Shown here piece by piece: positions 18,917 through 28,177 of a stretch of DNA of 64,000 nt (the stretch's first letter is position 1; every line of letters starts with the position of its first letter). Under the pieces are notes generated by a model. It had not been told where the DNA came from and did not search any database. It saw nothing but the letters and a program-made list of their open reading frames with translations. Made by a program: the position numbers and the translations under genes. Location of the stretch: the NCBI GenBank assembly GCA_023474215.1, contig JAMCYI010000013.1:16168-80167 (forward strand). Direction: 5' to 3'. The DNA comes from Patescibacteria group bacterium (lineage in GTDB: Bacteria > Patescibacteriota > Minisyncoccia > UBA6257 > GWB1-50-10).

Positions 18917-20026
18917 ATGCCACTGGGAAGAGGATTATCATCACTTATTCCACCGAAGGAGGGAGGTGAGAACGGGAAGACATCTTCGGAAGACACTGTC
19001 GTTTCTCCCCAGCGCGGAGAAACGCAGTTCGACTCTCGACCTCGCTCTTCCGCTCCAAGCGGAAACCCTGCCCGCTCGGTCTCCGAGACGCTTCCTCAGA
19101 CGCCTTCCCATTCTTTTAGAGAAAACAATTTGTCCGAGACATTTTCTTCGGCTATTTCACCGGAAAGCCACAGTGTTGGTGGTGAAGAAGTAGTACAGAA
19201 GGAAAAGGAGGCGCTCAGGGAAGCGGTGACTCGCTTGCCGCACGAAGCGGTATTTCAAATCGAAATTTCGAAGATTGTTCCCAATCCGTTCCAGCCGCGG
19301 CGCGAATTCGAGGACGGCGCGATCGACGAGCTGGCCGAATCCATCAAGCAGTTCGGCATCATCCAGCCGCTCATTGTTTCAAAAATAACCGAAGAGACCG
19401 AGACGGGAACGAATGTTTTTTACCAACTGATCGCCGGCGAACGTCGTTTTCGGGCGGCGAAAAAACTCGGCCTCGAGCGGGTTCCCGCCATCGTGCGGGA
19501 GGTGGATCATCCGGGAAGAAAACTCGAACTTGCCCTTATCGAAAACATCCAACGACGAGACCTGAATCCGATCGAGGAAGCGAGAGCTTATTCGCGATTG
19601 CAGGATGAATTCGGCCTGACGCAAAAAGAGATCGCGGTTCGGGTTGGAAAGAGCCGGGAGGTCGTGGCAAACAGCTTGCGGCTCCTCAATTTGCCGCCGG
19701 ACGCCCAGAAAGCTCTCGGCGAAGGGAAAGTGACAAGTTCTCAGGCGAGAATGCTTCTTTCGATCTCAAATGTGACCGATCAAGAACGGACTTTGCGCGA
19801 GATCCTGGATCAAAAACTTTCGGTGCGAGGCATCCGAACGGAGATCAAGCGGCAGGTGGTAGATCATCCCGAAGATCCGGAAGTGATCTTCTTGAAAAAG
19901 AAGCTTGAAGAGTATCTCGGCATGCCGGTCAGGATCACTGATCTTGGCGGAAAGGGGAAGATCACGATCGACTTTTTCTCGAAGGACGATATCAGGAATT
20001 TCATCGACAAGCTCGGCGGGGAGTAG
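18917..20026 (+). CDS. parB: chromosome partitioning protein ParB/Spo0J with expanded N-terminal linker
   Basis: LGRGLSSL, PNPFQPRR, LIAGERRFRA, ENIQRRDLNPIEEA, HTH. Confidence 0.96.
   Translation: MPLGRGLSSLIPPKEGGENGKTSSEDTVVSPQRGETQFDSRPRSSAPSGNPARSVSETLPQTPSHSFRENNLSETFSSAISPESHSVGGEEVVQKEKEALREAVTRLPHEAVFQIEISKIVPNPFQPRREFEDGAIDELAESIKQFGIIQPLIVSKITEETETGTNVFYQLIAGERRFRAAKKLGLERVPAIVREVDHPGRKLELALIENIQRRDLNPIEEARAYSRLQDEFGLTQKEIAVRVGKSREVVANSLRLLNLPPDAQKALGEGKVTSSQARMLLSISNVTDQERTLREILDQKLSVRGIRTEIKRQVVDHPEDPEVIFLKKKLEEYLGMPVRITDLGGKGKITIDFFSKDDIRNFIDKLGGE
18969..19114 (-). repeat. structured dispersed element family A, copy A2 (inside parB, antisense)
   Basis: 16-bp closing stem AGAATGGGAAGGCGTC/GATGTCTTCCCGTTCT with three G-U pairs on the minus strand; core CGGAGACCGAGCGGGCAGGGTT...AGAGCGAG. 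Confidence 0.8.
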
Positions 20027-20240
20027 GTCTTTTGTTCCTCATTCGTTCACAGGCTCTCGCTTGCTAAAATCCTCCGACCGCTTCGTTGGAATTAAGCCAC
20101 GAAATATCGAACTCAACCTTGGTTTCATTAATGAAACCGGCGGGATTCAGACAGGCGATATTTCGTTCATTCCTTCCTCATCGCTCGGGGATTTTAACGC
20201 AATCTCGAACAAGTTCACTCATGAGGAAGAGAAAGACCTA
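20024..20240. repeat. structured intergenic element D with terminal inverted repeat
   Basis: TAGGTCTTTTGTTCCTCAT ... ATGAGGAAGAGAAAGACCTA; nested stems TAAAATCC/GGATTTTA, CGAAATATCG/CGATATTTCG, GGTTTCAT/ATGAAACC. Confidence 0.65.
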
Positions 20241-20259
20241 TTTGCTATAATTCATTGGA

Positions 20260-20856
20260 ATGGATCAAAAAACGATCGACACATACAACGAACTGGCGAA
20301 AGAATACGACGAAGAAACGATCGATTTCTGGGAGAGATTTCCCAGAACTTTTTTGAATAAGTTCATAGCGTCAGTTAAGAAAGGAGGGAAAGTGCTCGAT
20401 GTCGGGAGTGGCCCCGGAAGGGATGGCTTGCTTCTCAAAGAAGCAGGTTTTGATGTTATCTGTTTCGATGCTTCGGCGGCGATGATTGAGCTCTCAAAGC
20501 AAAAAGGCCTCGAATCAGTACTTGGAGATTTCAATGAATTGCCGTTCGAGGATGGGACGTTCGACGGTGTCTGGGCCTATACGTCGCTCCTGCACATCCC
20601 GAAATCAGAAGTGGAAAAACCTCTTCGGGAAATAAGGAGGGCATTGAAACCCTCGGGCATTTTCGGCTTGGGTCTCATGGAAGGCGACAAGGAGCTCTAT
20701 CGGGAAAGTTCCGGCGTCAAGAAAGAGCGGTGGTTCAGCTTTTATACGAAGGAAGAAATCGAGCAACTGCTCGCTCGCAATGGATTCGAAATCACGTATT
20801 TCGAGGAGTTCAATACCGGCAAAGATTATCTCAATTACGTCTCAAGGAAGAAGTAG
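20260..20856 (+). CDS. class I SAM-dependent methyltransferase
   Basis: VLDVGSGPGRD, FDGVWAYTSLLH. Confidence 0.9.
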   Translation: MDQKTIDTYNELAKEYDEETIDFWERFPRTFLNKFIASVKKGGKVLDVGSGPGRDGLLLKEAGFDVICFDASAAMIELSKQKGLESVLGDFNELPFEDGTFDGVWAYTSLLHIPKSEVEKPLREIRRALKPSGIFGLGLMEGDKELYRESSGVKKERWFSFYTKEEIEQLLARNGFEITYFEEFNTGKDYLNYVSRKK

Positions 20857-20877
20857 ATCCGTGGTATACTGGAGAAA

Positions 20878-21294
20878 ATGGAAGTGAAACAATTCACGGC
20901 GGTACGGGCGCTCATCGTGCACGAGGGGAAAGTGCTCATCATCCGCGAATCGACGAACTACAAGGGCGGATCGAACATCGGGAAATATGATCTGCCGGGC
21001 GGAAAAATCAAGCCCGGCGAGACCTACCAGCAGGCGCTCGAGCGGGAATCGCTCGAGGAGTGCGGGCTAAAGATAACGATCGGGAAGCCCCTCTTCGTCG
21101 ACGAGTGGTGGCCGGAAGTAGCGAAGGGGGAAGTGCAGATTATCGGTATCTTCTTTGAATGCTTTGCCGAAAGCAACCACGTTGTTCTGAGCAACGACCA
21201 CGATGATTATCAATGGATCGACCCTGCAAATTATGGCAACTACGATATGATCGAGGCGGATAAAAAAGCGCTTGAAGCTTATCTCGGGAGATAG
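20878..21294 (+). CDS. NUDIX hydrolase
   Basis: PGGKIKPGETYQQALERESLEECG Nudix box. Confidence 0.9.
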   Translation: MEVKQFTAVRALIVHEGKVLIIRESTNYKGGSNIGKYDLPGGKIKPGETYQQALERESLEECGLKITIGKPLFVDEWWPEVAKGEVQIIGIFFECFAESNHVVLSNDHDDYQWIDPANYGNYDMIEADKKALEAYLGR

Positions 21295-21297
21295 GTC

Positions 21298-21918
21298 ATG
21301 AATAAAACAAATAAACTTGCCGTTGATATTGCTCTTCTCCCATCCGAGGAAATGACCGATTTTGTAATTGGTTTGAATAAAGCGGTAGCAGGAGAGAACG
21401 CTGATAAGATGATTTTGAACACGGCGGATTGTTTGCCGCATTGTACGCTTTCCATGGGTTTCATTGACCGGGAAAATTTAGAAAAAGTTACCGATAAACT
21501 TCAAATGATTTCAGAGCAATTCAGCGCCTTTCATTTAGTTTCCGATGGACTCGATTTCGGGAAAATGTCGTCTGGCTATGAGATCGTTGCCCTTCATATT
21601 CAAAAACAATCCGATATTCAGCAATTGCACGAAATGATAACTAACGAACTTCCCCCTTATCTGAGCTCCGAAGGTTCGGGCAATGATTTTCATAAACCCC
21701 AACGAGATGAGGTATTGTCTTACATCAAAAACTTCAAAGCTGTTGCGAGTTTTGAGAAATATAACCCCCATATCACCATCGGCTTGGGAAAACTGGAGAA
21801 CATCAAACTCCCTATTACATTCACCGCCGACAAGCTTGCGCTGTGCCATCTTGGCGATAATTATACCTGCGCAAAAATACTCTGGTCCGTCAAATTAAAT
21901 GATGCAGATGGACATTAA
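21298..21918 (+). CDS. 2H phosphoesterase (2'-5' RNA ligase family)
   Basis: Two HxT motifs (PHCTL, PHITI). Confidence 0.85.
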   Translation: MNKTNKLAVDIALLPSEEMTDFVIGLNKAVAGENADKMILNTADCLPHCTLSMGFIDRENLEKVTDKLQMISEQFSAFHLVSDGLDFGKMSSGYEIVALHIQKQSDIQQLHEMITNELPPYLSSEGSGNDFHKPQRDEVLSYIKNFKAVASFEKYNPHITIGLGKLENIKLPITFTADKLALCHLGDNYTCAKILWSVKLNDADGH

Positions 21919-22492
21919 GTTCTTCTTCGGCGTTATAGGCGGGATTCTGAACGTCATAAGCTTTGTCCCGTATCTCCTCGACATCTTCAGGGGGAAAACG
22001 AAGCCGCATTCGTACACATGGCTCATCTGGAGCATTCTTCAAACGATGGGAACAATAGCCATATTCCTGAACGGCGGCGGGTACGGGGCACTCGGCCTTG
22101 CGATCGGGGCATTGTTCTGCATCTTCATCTTTTTTCTATCGCTCAAGTACGGCACGAAGAACATCGTCCGATTCGACACCGTCCTTCTCGTCGGCGCGCT
22201 TCTCGCTGTCGTCGTCTGGATCCTTACGAAAAACGCCCTCTATTCGGTCATTCTCGTATCAGCGATTGATTTTACGGGGTACCTGCCGACCGCCCGCAAG
22301 GGATACGAAGAGCCGGAGAGCGAAACCATTTCTTTGTACTTCATGAACGCCCTGACTGATATTCTTGGCCTATTGGCTCTTTCGGCATACTCCGTTACTA
22401 CTGTTTTATATCCAGCCGTACTCCTTTTTTCCAATAGCTCACTGGTTGTTCTACTTTCTCTGAGAAGGCGCCAGGTTTTAGTGATAAAATAA
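21908..22492 (+). CDS. multi-pass membrane protein, paralog of 561-1148
   Basis: PY...GKTKPHSYTWLIW; D...PTARKGYEEPESE. Confidence 0.75.
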   Translation: MDIKFFFGVIGGILNVISFVPYLLDIFRGKTKPHSYTWLIWSILQTMGTIAIFLNGGGYGALGLAIGALFCIFIFFLSLKYGTKNIVRFDTVLLVGALLAVVVWILTKNALYSVILVSAIDFTGYLPTARKGYEEPESETISLYFMNALTDILGLLALSAYSVTTVLYPAVLLFSNSSLVVLLSLRRRQVLVIK

Positions 22493-22497
22493 TTAAT

Positions 22498-22962
22498 ATG
22501 CAAAAATTCAAGCCAAAGCGGGGACAAGTTGATTTCACTCATATCCGCTGGGCGCCGGTCGTGAACTGCGTCCTCAGGTACCGCGGGAAGATCCTCCTCG
22601 TGAAGCGGAACAACGATATGCACTTCTATCCGGGGTACTACAACGGCATCTCGGGATTTTTGGATGACCATAAGAGTTTGGAAGAAAAAGTCATCGAAGA
22701 ATTGCGAGAGGAGATCGGTATTACGAAGAAGGAAATAAAGAGAATAAGGACGGGGGGTGTTTTCGATCAAGATGAACCGAAGTACAAGAAAACGTGGATC
22801 GTTCATCCGGTCCTCGTCGATGTTCTGACCGACAGGATACGCCTCGATTGGGAAGCCGAAAAATATCGTTGGGTGAAACCGACCGAAGCGAGAAAACTGA
22901 AACTGCTTCCCGGTTTTGACAAAGTTTTGAAAGCAACCGGCGTATGGAAAAATAGAAAATGA
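22498..22962 (+). CDS. NUDIX hydrolase
   Basis: SGFLD...EELREEIG variant Nudix box; LDWE. Confidence 0.85.
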   Translation: MQKFKPKRGQVDFTHIRWAPVVNCVLRYRGKILLVKRNNDMHFYPGYYNGISGFLDDHKSLEEKVIEELREEIGITKKEIKRIRTGGVFDQDEPKYKKTWIVHPVLVDVLTDRIRLDWEAEKYRWVKPTEARKLKLLPGFDKVLKATGVWKNRK

Positions 22963-23363
22963 CAAAAAAGAAGATCATCATAGCGGGAAGCGCGAAGCTT
23001 CAAGAAGAGATAAAAAGATGGATCGACTACTGGGAGGAAAGGGGTTGTACCGTTGTTGATTTTCCGCGCAGTATTCCTAAAAAAACTTTCAATAAGACGT
23101 ATCCCGGCGTCCATAAGAGGTTTTATGCCGATATCCTGAAGGCTGATATCTTCTTTGTTGCGAACGGAAAGAAGAACGGCATCGCGGGATACATCGGCCC
23201 GGAAACATTCGCCGAGCTGTCGTTTGCGGTGATCAGAAAGATCTCGAACAAACAGAAGATCAGGATCGTTCTCGCTCGGATGCCATCGAGGAAAGTTGCT
23301 TCATATGAAGAAATAAAGCGGTGGTTGCGCTTGGGTTGGGTCGACGAGATACTGCACAAATGA
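22959..23363 (+). CDS. hypothetical protein (Rossmann-like, nucleoside deoxyribosyltransferase-like pattern)
   Basis: IIIAGS...ADIFFVAN...YIGPETFAELSFA. Confidence 0.6.
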   Translation: MTKKKIIIAGSAKLQEEIKRWIDYWEERGCTVVDFPRSIPKKTFNKTYPGVHKRFYADILKADIFFVANGKKNGIAGYIGPETFAELSFAVIRKISNKQKIRIVLARMPSRKVASYEEIKRWLRLGWVDEILHK

Positions 23364-24118
23364 AGATTGTCGCTTGGAACGTGAACGGCTTGCGGTCGGT
23401 CGAACGGAACGGGTTTTCCGCATGGCTTAAGAAAAGCGGCGCCGACATCGTCTGCATCGAGGAAATGAAGGCGCACAAAGAACAGATCCCCGAGGACCTG
23501 CTTTCGCTCAAGGAATACTCCTTATATATAAATCAGGCCGAAAAGAAGGGGTACAGCGGCGTTGCCGTTTTTACCAAAGAAAAGCCGCTCAAGGAAAATT
23601 ATAAGCTCGGATTGGAACGTTTCGACAAAGAGGGGAGAATGGTCGAACTGGAATACGGAAAATTCATCTTCATCGCGCTCTACCTGCCGCACGGCGGCCG
23701 GTTCAAGGAAAATCTGCAATACAAGTTAGAAGTTTACAAACATCTCTTCACTCATCTCCGGAAATTAAAAAACAAGAACGTCATTCTTGCCGGAGATTTC
23801 AATATCGCCCATAAAGACATCGATCTTGCGCGGCCAAACGGGAATCGGAACAACATCATGTTCACGCCGGAAGAGCGGAAACAACTCGATGTGCTCATAG
23901 CAAGCGGCTTCGTCGATACGTTCAGACAATTCCATAAAGGGGGAGGTAATTATACCTGGTGGCCGTATTTCGCGAATGCCCGAGAAAGGAATCTCGGCTG
24001 GCGGATCGATTACGTGTTCGTTTCGAACCCGCTCGCAAAAAAGCTCAAAGACGCATTTATCTTGAACAAAGTGTCCGGTTCCGATCATTGCCCCGTTGGC
24101 ATCACCATTGGTATTTAG
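23360..24118 (+). CDS. xth: exodeoxyribonuclease III
   Basis: WNVNGLRS, GYSGVA, GDFNIAH, GWRIDY, SDHCP. Confidence 0.95.
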   Translation: MKIVAWNVNGLRSVERNGFSAWLKKSGADIVCIEEMKAHKEQIPEDLLSLKEYSLYINQAEKKGYSGVAVFTKEKPLKENYKLGLERFDKEGRMVELEYGKFIFIALYLPHGGRFKENLQYKLEVYKHLFTHLRKLKNKNVILAGDFNIAHKDIDLARPNGNRNNIMFTPEERKQLDVLIASGFVDTFRQFHKGGGNYTWWPYFANARERNLGWRIDYVFVSNPLAKKLKDAFILNKVSGSDHCPVGITIGI

Positions 24119-24131
24119 CCATTAAAAATTA

Positions 24132-24304
24132 GGAGAATGAAAAGGTTTCTCCGGACCCTTGCGGAGAATCGCCGGAAAATAAGGAGCTTTCGAGGTGAAA
24201 ATAGCGGTCGGAAAATCCCGAAGCGAAGCGGAGGGAGGAACGGGAACCGCGAGTTGATTTTCAAGACTCGGAGCGCTTGGGTGAGGGAAACCCTTTCGTT
24301 CTTC
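24132..24304 (+). repeat. structured intergenic element C with terminal inverted repeat
   Basis: GGAGAATGAAAAGGTTTCTC/GGGAAACCCTTTCGTTCTTC (three G-U pairs, one mismatch) enclosing a purine-rich multi-stem core. Confidence 0.65.
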
Positions 24305-25999
24305 CTATCTCAGAAACTTGTAGCTCACTTCCTTGCTGCCGGATATTTTCTTAAGCTTCACGACGAGCGTTTCCAGTTTGCCCTGCGGAAGCGTCGGACA
24401 GCGGAGAATAACGGTCGAAAATGCCGATCGGTGATCCGTCTCGCTCGTAAGGAAAGTGATGTTGATCTTCGAATTGGCGAAAATCTCCGTGATATCCTTC
24501 AAAAAACCTGGACGATCGGCGTTCACGACTTTAAATTCAACAGCCTTTGGCGCTGCTTTGCCGATGAGTTTACGTTCGTTCTCATTAATGGCACTTTTCA
24601 CTTTCTTCCGCGCTTCGCTTGTTTTCACGAACCGAAGCCACCCTTCAGTCGGCTTCTTACCTTTTTGCGTTACGATTTCGACAACGTCGCCTGATTTCAA
24701 CTCGTAATCCAGGGGCGTGATCTTTCCGTTTACGCGGGCTCCCACGCAGCTGTCGCCGATCTGGGAATGGATGCGGTAGGCGAAATCGACCGGCGTCGAA
24801 CCAGCCGGCAGGTCGATAACGTCGTTATGCGGCGTGAAGACGAAGATCCGGTCTTTGAAGAAATCGACTTTCACGGCGTTCAAGAACTCTTCTTGGCTCG
24901 CGAACTTCTTTTGCCAGTTCTGTAATTGCTGCACCCACATAAGCTCCTTTTTGTTTTTCACGCCTTTCCAGCCCGAGCGGGTCTTATTCGAGCTTTTGAC
25001 TTGTTCATATGCCCAGTGGGCGGCGATACCGAGTTCGTTTTCGTCGTGCATTTCTTTCGTCTTGATCTGAACCTCGAGGATCTTGTTGTCGATGCAAAAG
25101 ACGGTCGTGTGCAAGCTCCGGTAGCCGTTCGGCTTCGGACGCGCGATATAGTCCTTGAAGCGGCCGGTCATCGGCGGCCACATGGCGTGGATCACGCCCA
25201 AGACCGCATAGCATTCTTCGACGGTTTTGACGATGATGCGAAGCGCCACAAGGTCGTGGATCTCGTTCAAATTCATGTTGTGCCGCAAAAGTTTTTTGTA
25301 CAAGCTGAAATATCGCTTGGCGCGGGCATCGATGGCGATCGGTTTGATATGGTGGCTTGCGAGCGTCTTTTCAATGAGGGGAAGAACCTTTCGAACGTAC
25401 TCTTGCCGTTCTTCGTAGGTGTCTTTTACTTCGTGAACAAGCCATCGGTATTCTTCCGGATGGATGTAGGGGAAGGCGAGATCTTCGAGTTCGCCGGAAA
25501 GTTTCTGCATGCCGAGTCGGTAAGCGAGCGGAGCGTAAATTTCCGCGGTTTCGAGCGCGAACGGTTTTTGCCGTTCTTCGGGCAAAAACTGAAGTGTCCG
25601 CATGTTATGAAGGCGGTCGGCAAGCTTGATGATGAGGACGCGAAGATCTTCGCTGAAGGCGATGATGAATTTCCGCAAATTCTCCGCGTCTTGGTTTTTG
25701 GGAATGGCGATGTTCTGCAGTTTCGTGAGTCCTTGCACAAGGAAGGCGATTTCGTCCCCGAATTCCTTTCGGATGTCTTCGATGGTGATGGAAGAATCCT
25801 CAACGACGTCATGAAGAAGCGCCGCGGCGACGGAATCTTCGTCGAGGCCCCATGATTGCACGGCTTCGGCAACGGCAAGCGGATGAACGATGTACGGGTC
25901 GCCGTTCATGCGCCGTTCTCCTTCGTGAGCTTTCAAGGCAACTTCGTATGCCTTGTCGAGGAGCGGGGAATGCGTTTTTTCAAGCCAAGCGGTTGACAT
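24305..25999 (-). CDS. (p)ppGpp synthetase/hydrolase, RelA/SpoT homologue (HD-SYNTH-TGS-ACT)
   Basis: HDVVED, KLADRLHNMRTL, KPNGYRSLHT, TGS 'DFAYRIHSQIG', ACT 'DRPGFLKDI'. Confidence 0.95.
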   Translation of the reverse strand: MSTAWLEKTHSPLLDKAYEVALKAHEGERRMNGDPYIVHPLAVAEAVQSWGLDEDSVAAALLHDVVEDSSITIEDIRKEFGDEIAFLVQGLTKLQNIAIPKNQDAENLRKFIIAFSEDLRVLIIKLADRLHNMRTLQFLPEERQKPFALETAEIYAPLAYRLGMQKLSGELEDLAFPYIHPEEYRWLVHEVKDTYEERQEYVRKVLPLIEKTLASHHIKPIAIDARAKRYFSLYKKLLRHNMNLNEIHDLVALRIIVKTVEECYAVLGVIHAMWPPMTGRFKDYIARPKPNGYRSLHTTVFCIDNKILEVQIKTKEMHDENELGIAAHWAYEQVKSSNKTRSGWKGVKNKKELMWVQQLQNWQKKFASQEEFLNAVKVDFFKDRIFVFTPHNDVIDLPAGSTPVDFAYRIHSQIGDSCVGARVNGKITPLDYELKSGDVVEIVTQKGKKPTEGWLRFVKTSEARKKVKSAINENERKLIGKAAPKAVEFKVVNADRPGFLKDITEIFANSKINITFLTSETDHRSAFSTVILRCPTLPQGKLETLVVKLKKISGSKEVSYKFLR

Positions 26000-26041
26000 A
26001 TCGTTAAAATTATATTGCTTTTATCGGATTTAGGAAAGTTA

Positions 26042-26096
26042 TTGACAAACTGGATGTCAAAAAATAGAATTAGCACGAAAAGGTCAATGTTGCTAA
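26042..26096 (+). promoter_or_regulatory. groES promoter with CIRCE-like operator
   Basis: TTGACA 26042-26047, N17, TAGAAT 26065-26070; TTAGCACGA-N9-TGTTGCTAA at 26070-26096. Confidence 0.85.
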
Positions 26097-26106
26097 TAAA
26101 AGTAAA

Positions 26107-26403
26107 ATGAATGTAAAACCATTGTCGAATCGCGTGCTCGTCGAACTTATCGTGGACGAGCAAAAAACGACTAAGTCGGGGATCGTTCTTCCCGACACGG
26201 TCGATAAGAAGGAGCAAACGAAAGGTATCGTGGTCGCCGTCGGTCCCGGGAAATTCCAGAACGGAGCGCGGGTCGCACCGGACCTAAAGCCGGGTGATAA
26301 AGTGCTCTTCTCGAAGCCATGGGGCGACGACAAAAAGATCGAAGAAGGGGAAAAGACGTATTTTCTGGTCGACGAAGACGATATTTTGGCGATAATCCAA
26401 TAA
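26107..26403 (+). CDS. groES: co-chaperonin GroES
   Basis: KPLSNRVLV, TKSGIVLP, VVAVGPG. Confidence 0.96.
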   Translation: MNVKPLSNRVLVELIVDEQKTTKSGIVLPDTVDKKEQTKGIVVAVGPGKFQNGARVAPDLKPGDKVLFSKPWGDDKKIEEGEKTYFLVDEDDILAIIQ

Positions 26404-26407
26404 ACGT

Positions 26408-28051
26408 ATGGCAAAACAAATATTATTCGACGAAAAAGCTCGTTCTTCAATGAAGCGGGGGATCGACAAGCTAGCCCAAGCCGTCAGGATGACATTGGGT
26501 CCCAGGGGACGCGCCGCCGTCATCGAAAAGGGGTACGGCGCACCGCAGGTGACCTTCGATGGTGTAACGGTCGCAAAAGAGATCGAATTACAGGATAAAT
26601 ACGAGAATCTTGGAGCGGAATTTTTGAAACAAGCTGCCGATAAAACCGACAATAACGTCGGCGACGGCACGACGACATCAGTTGTTCTGGCGCACGCCAT
26701 GATCGAAGAAGGCGAGCGAGCCATCATGGAAAAGGGGTTCAATGTCATTCAGCTTGCCGAAGAATTGAAGAAAAAAAGCGAAGCGATCATCAAGGCCCTG
26801 GAAAAGCAAAAAGAAGAAATCAACGACAATAAGAAAGTTCAAGAGGTTGCAACCCTTTCGGCAAAAGACCCGGAGATCGGAAAGCTCATCGCCGAAGTCA
26901 TGGCGAAAGTCGGCAAAGAAGGCGTGGTGACGGTGGAGGATTCGAACACCATCGGCAATTCATACGAAGTGGTCGAAGGCATGCAATTCGATCGCGGGTA
27001 TATTTCTCCTTATATGGTGACGAACCAGGAGCGGATGGAATCTGCCCTTGAGGAGCCTTATATCCTTGTGACCGACAAGAAAATTTCGTCGATCAACGAA
27101 CTTTTACCGCTTCTCGAAAAGATCGTTCAAAGCGGCAAGAAGGAGCTTTTGATCGTTGCCGACGACGTGGACGGTGAAGCCTTGGCGACCTTGATCTTGA
27201 ACAAGATCCGGGGCGTTTTCAGTGTGCTTGCCGTAAAGGCTCCCGGCTTCGGCGATCGGAAGAAGGAAATGCTTCAGGATATCGCGGTCGTGACGGGTGC
27301 ATCGTTCATTTCCGACGACCTTGGGAAAAAATTCGAGAATATCGAACTGGAAGAACTCGGCCATGCGCACCGCGTGGTTTCCGACAAAGACAAAACGACG
27401 ATCGTCGGCGGCATGGGCGACAAGCAGGTCATTGAAGACCGTGTGCGTCAAATCAAGGCCCAGATCAAAACGACGGATTCCGATTTTGACAAGGAAAAAT
27501 TGCAGGAACGCCTCGGAAAGCTCGCGGGCGGCGTTGCCGTCATCAAAGTCGGCGCTCCAACTGAATCAGCGCAAAAAGAATTGAAGCAGCGCGTCGAGGA
27601 TGCCGTGGGTGCGACGCGCGCAGCCATGGAAGAGGGGATCATTCCGGGCGGCGGCACGGCGCTCTTTAACGCTATTCCGTCAATAACGCTCGAGAAAGCG
27701 GAAAACTCCATTGCAGCCGCGGTTTCCGCGATTCTTTCGCGGGCGCTCCTTGCTCCAGTGACCGCGATCATCGAGAACAGCGGTGAAAACGCAAAAAGCA
27801 TTACGAACAAACTGGAGGCGAACTGGCAAAAGGAGACGAACTGGAATGGCTTTAATGCTTTTACGAACAAAATTGAAGACTTGAAAGAAGCCGGCGTCGT
27901 CGACCCCCTGAAGGTCACGAAAACAGCCTTCACGAACGCCGTCTCGGTGGCCGCCAACTATCTTACGATCGGCGCCGCCATCACCGACATTCCGGAAAAG
28001 AAAGAGGGCGGAGGAATGCCCGCTCTGGGGGATATGTCGGGAGGATACTGA
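26408..28051 (+). CDS. groEL: chaperonin GroEL
   Basis: TLGPRGR, GDGTTT, GMQFDRGYISPY, KAPGFGDR. Confidence 0.99.
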   Translation: MAKQILFDEKARSSMKRGIDKLAQAVRMTLGPRGRAAVIEKGYGAPQVTFDGVTVAKEIELQDKYENLGAEFLKQAADKTDNNVGDGTTTSVVLAHAMIEEGERAIMEKGFNVIQLAEELKKKSEAIIKALEKQKEEINDNKKVQEVATLSAKDPEIGKLIAEVMAKVGKEGVVTVEDSNTIGNSYEVVEGMQFDRGYISPYMVTNQERMESALEEPYILVTDKKISSINELLPLLEKIVQSGKKELLIVADDVDGEALATLILNKIRGVFSVLAVKAPGFGDRKKEMLQDIAVVTGASFISDDLGKKFENIELEELGHAHRVVSDKDKTTIVGGMGDKQVIEDRVRQIKAQIKTTDSDFDKEKLQERLGKLAGGVAVIKVGAPTESAQKELKQRVEDAVGATRAAMEEGIIPGGGTALFNAIPSITLEKAENSIAAAVSAILSRALLAPVTAIIENSGENAKSITNKLEANWQKETNWNGFNAFTNKIEDLKEAGVVDPLKVTKTAFTNAVSVAANYLTIGAAITDIPEKKEGGGMPALGDMSGGY

Positions 28052-28064
28052 GCCAAAGAACTTC

Positions 28065-28123
28065 GCCCCCCGCTCTCCTTTAAAAATTAAAGGCCTCCGG
28101 GGGGGCCTTGATTCTGTGGATAA
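28065..28123 (-). repeat. DnaA-box-led G/C-run repeat, copy R2 (internally shortened)
   Basis: Reverse complement reads TTATCCACAGAATCAAGGCCCCCCCGGAGGCCTTTAATTTTTAAAGGAGAGCGGGGGG. Confidence 0.8.
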
Positions 28124-28132
28124 ATTTCTCAG

Positions 28133-28160
28133 AAACCGTCCATCGCATGATGGGCGGTTT
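28133..28160 (+). terminator. groEL terminator
   Basis: AAACCGTCCATC-GCAT-GATGGGCGGTTT followed by T. Confidence 0.7.
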
Positions 28161-28177
28161 TGGTTTATACTCATGAT

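Noticed and set aside
20121-20138. GGTTTCATTAATGAAACC as a parS site just after parB
   Set aside because: Half-sites resemble parS (TGTTTCACGTGAAACA) but the centre is 2 nt too long, and it is the apical hairpin of element D.
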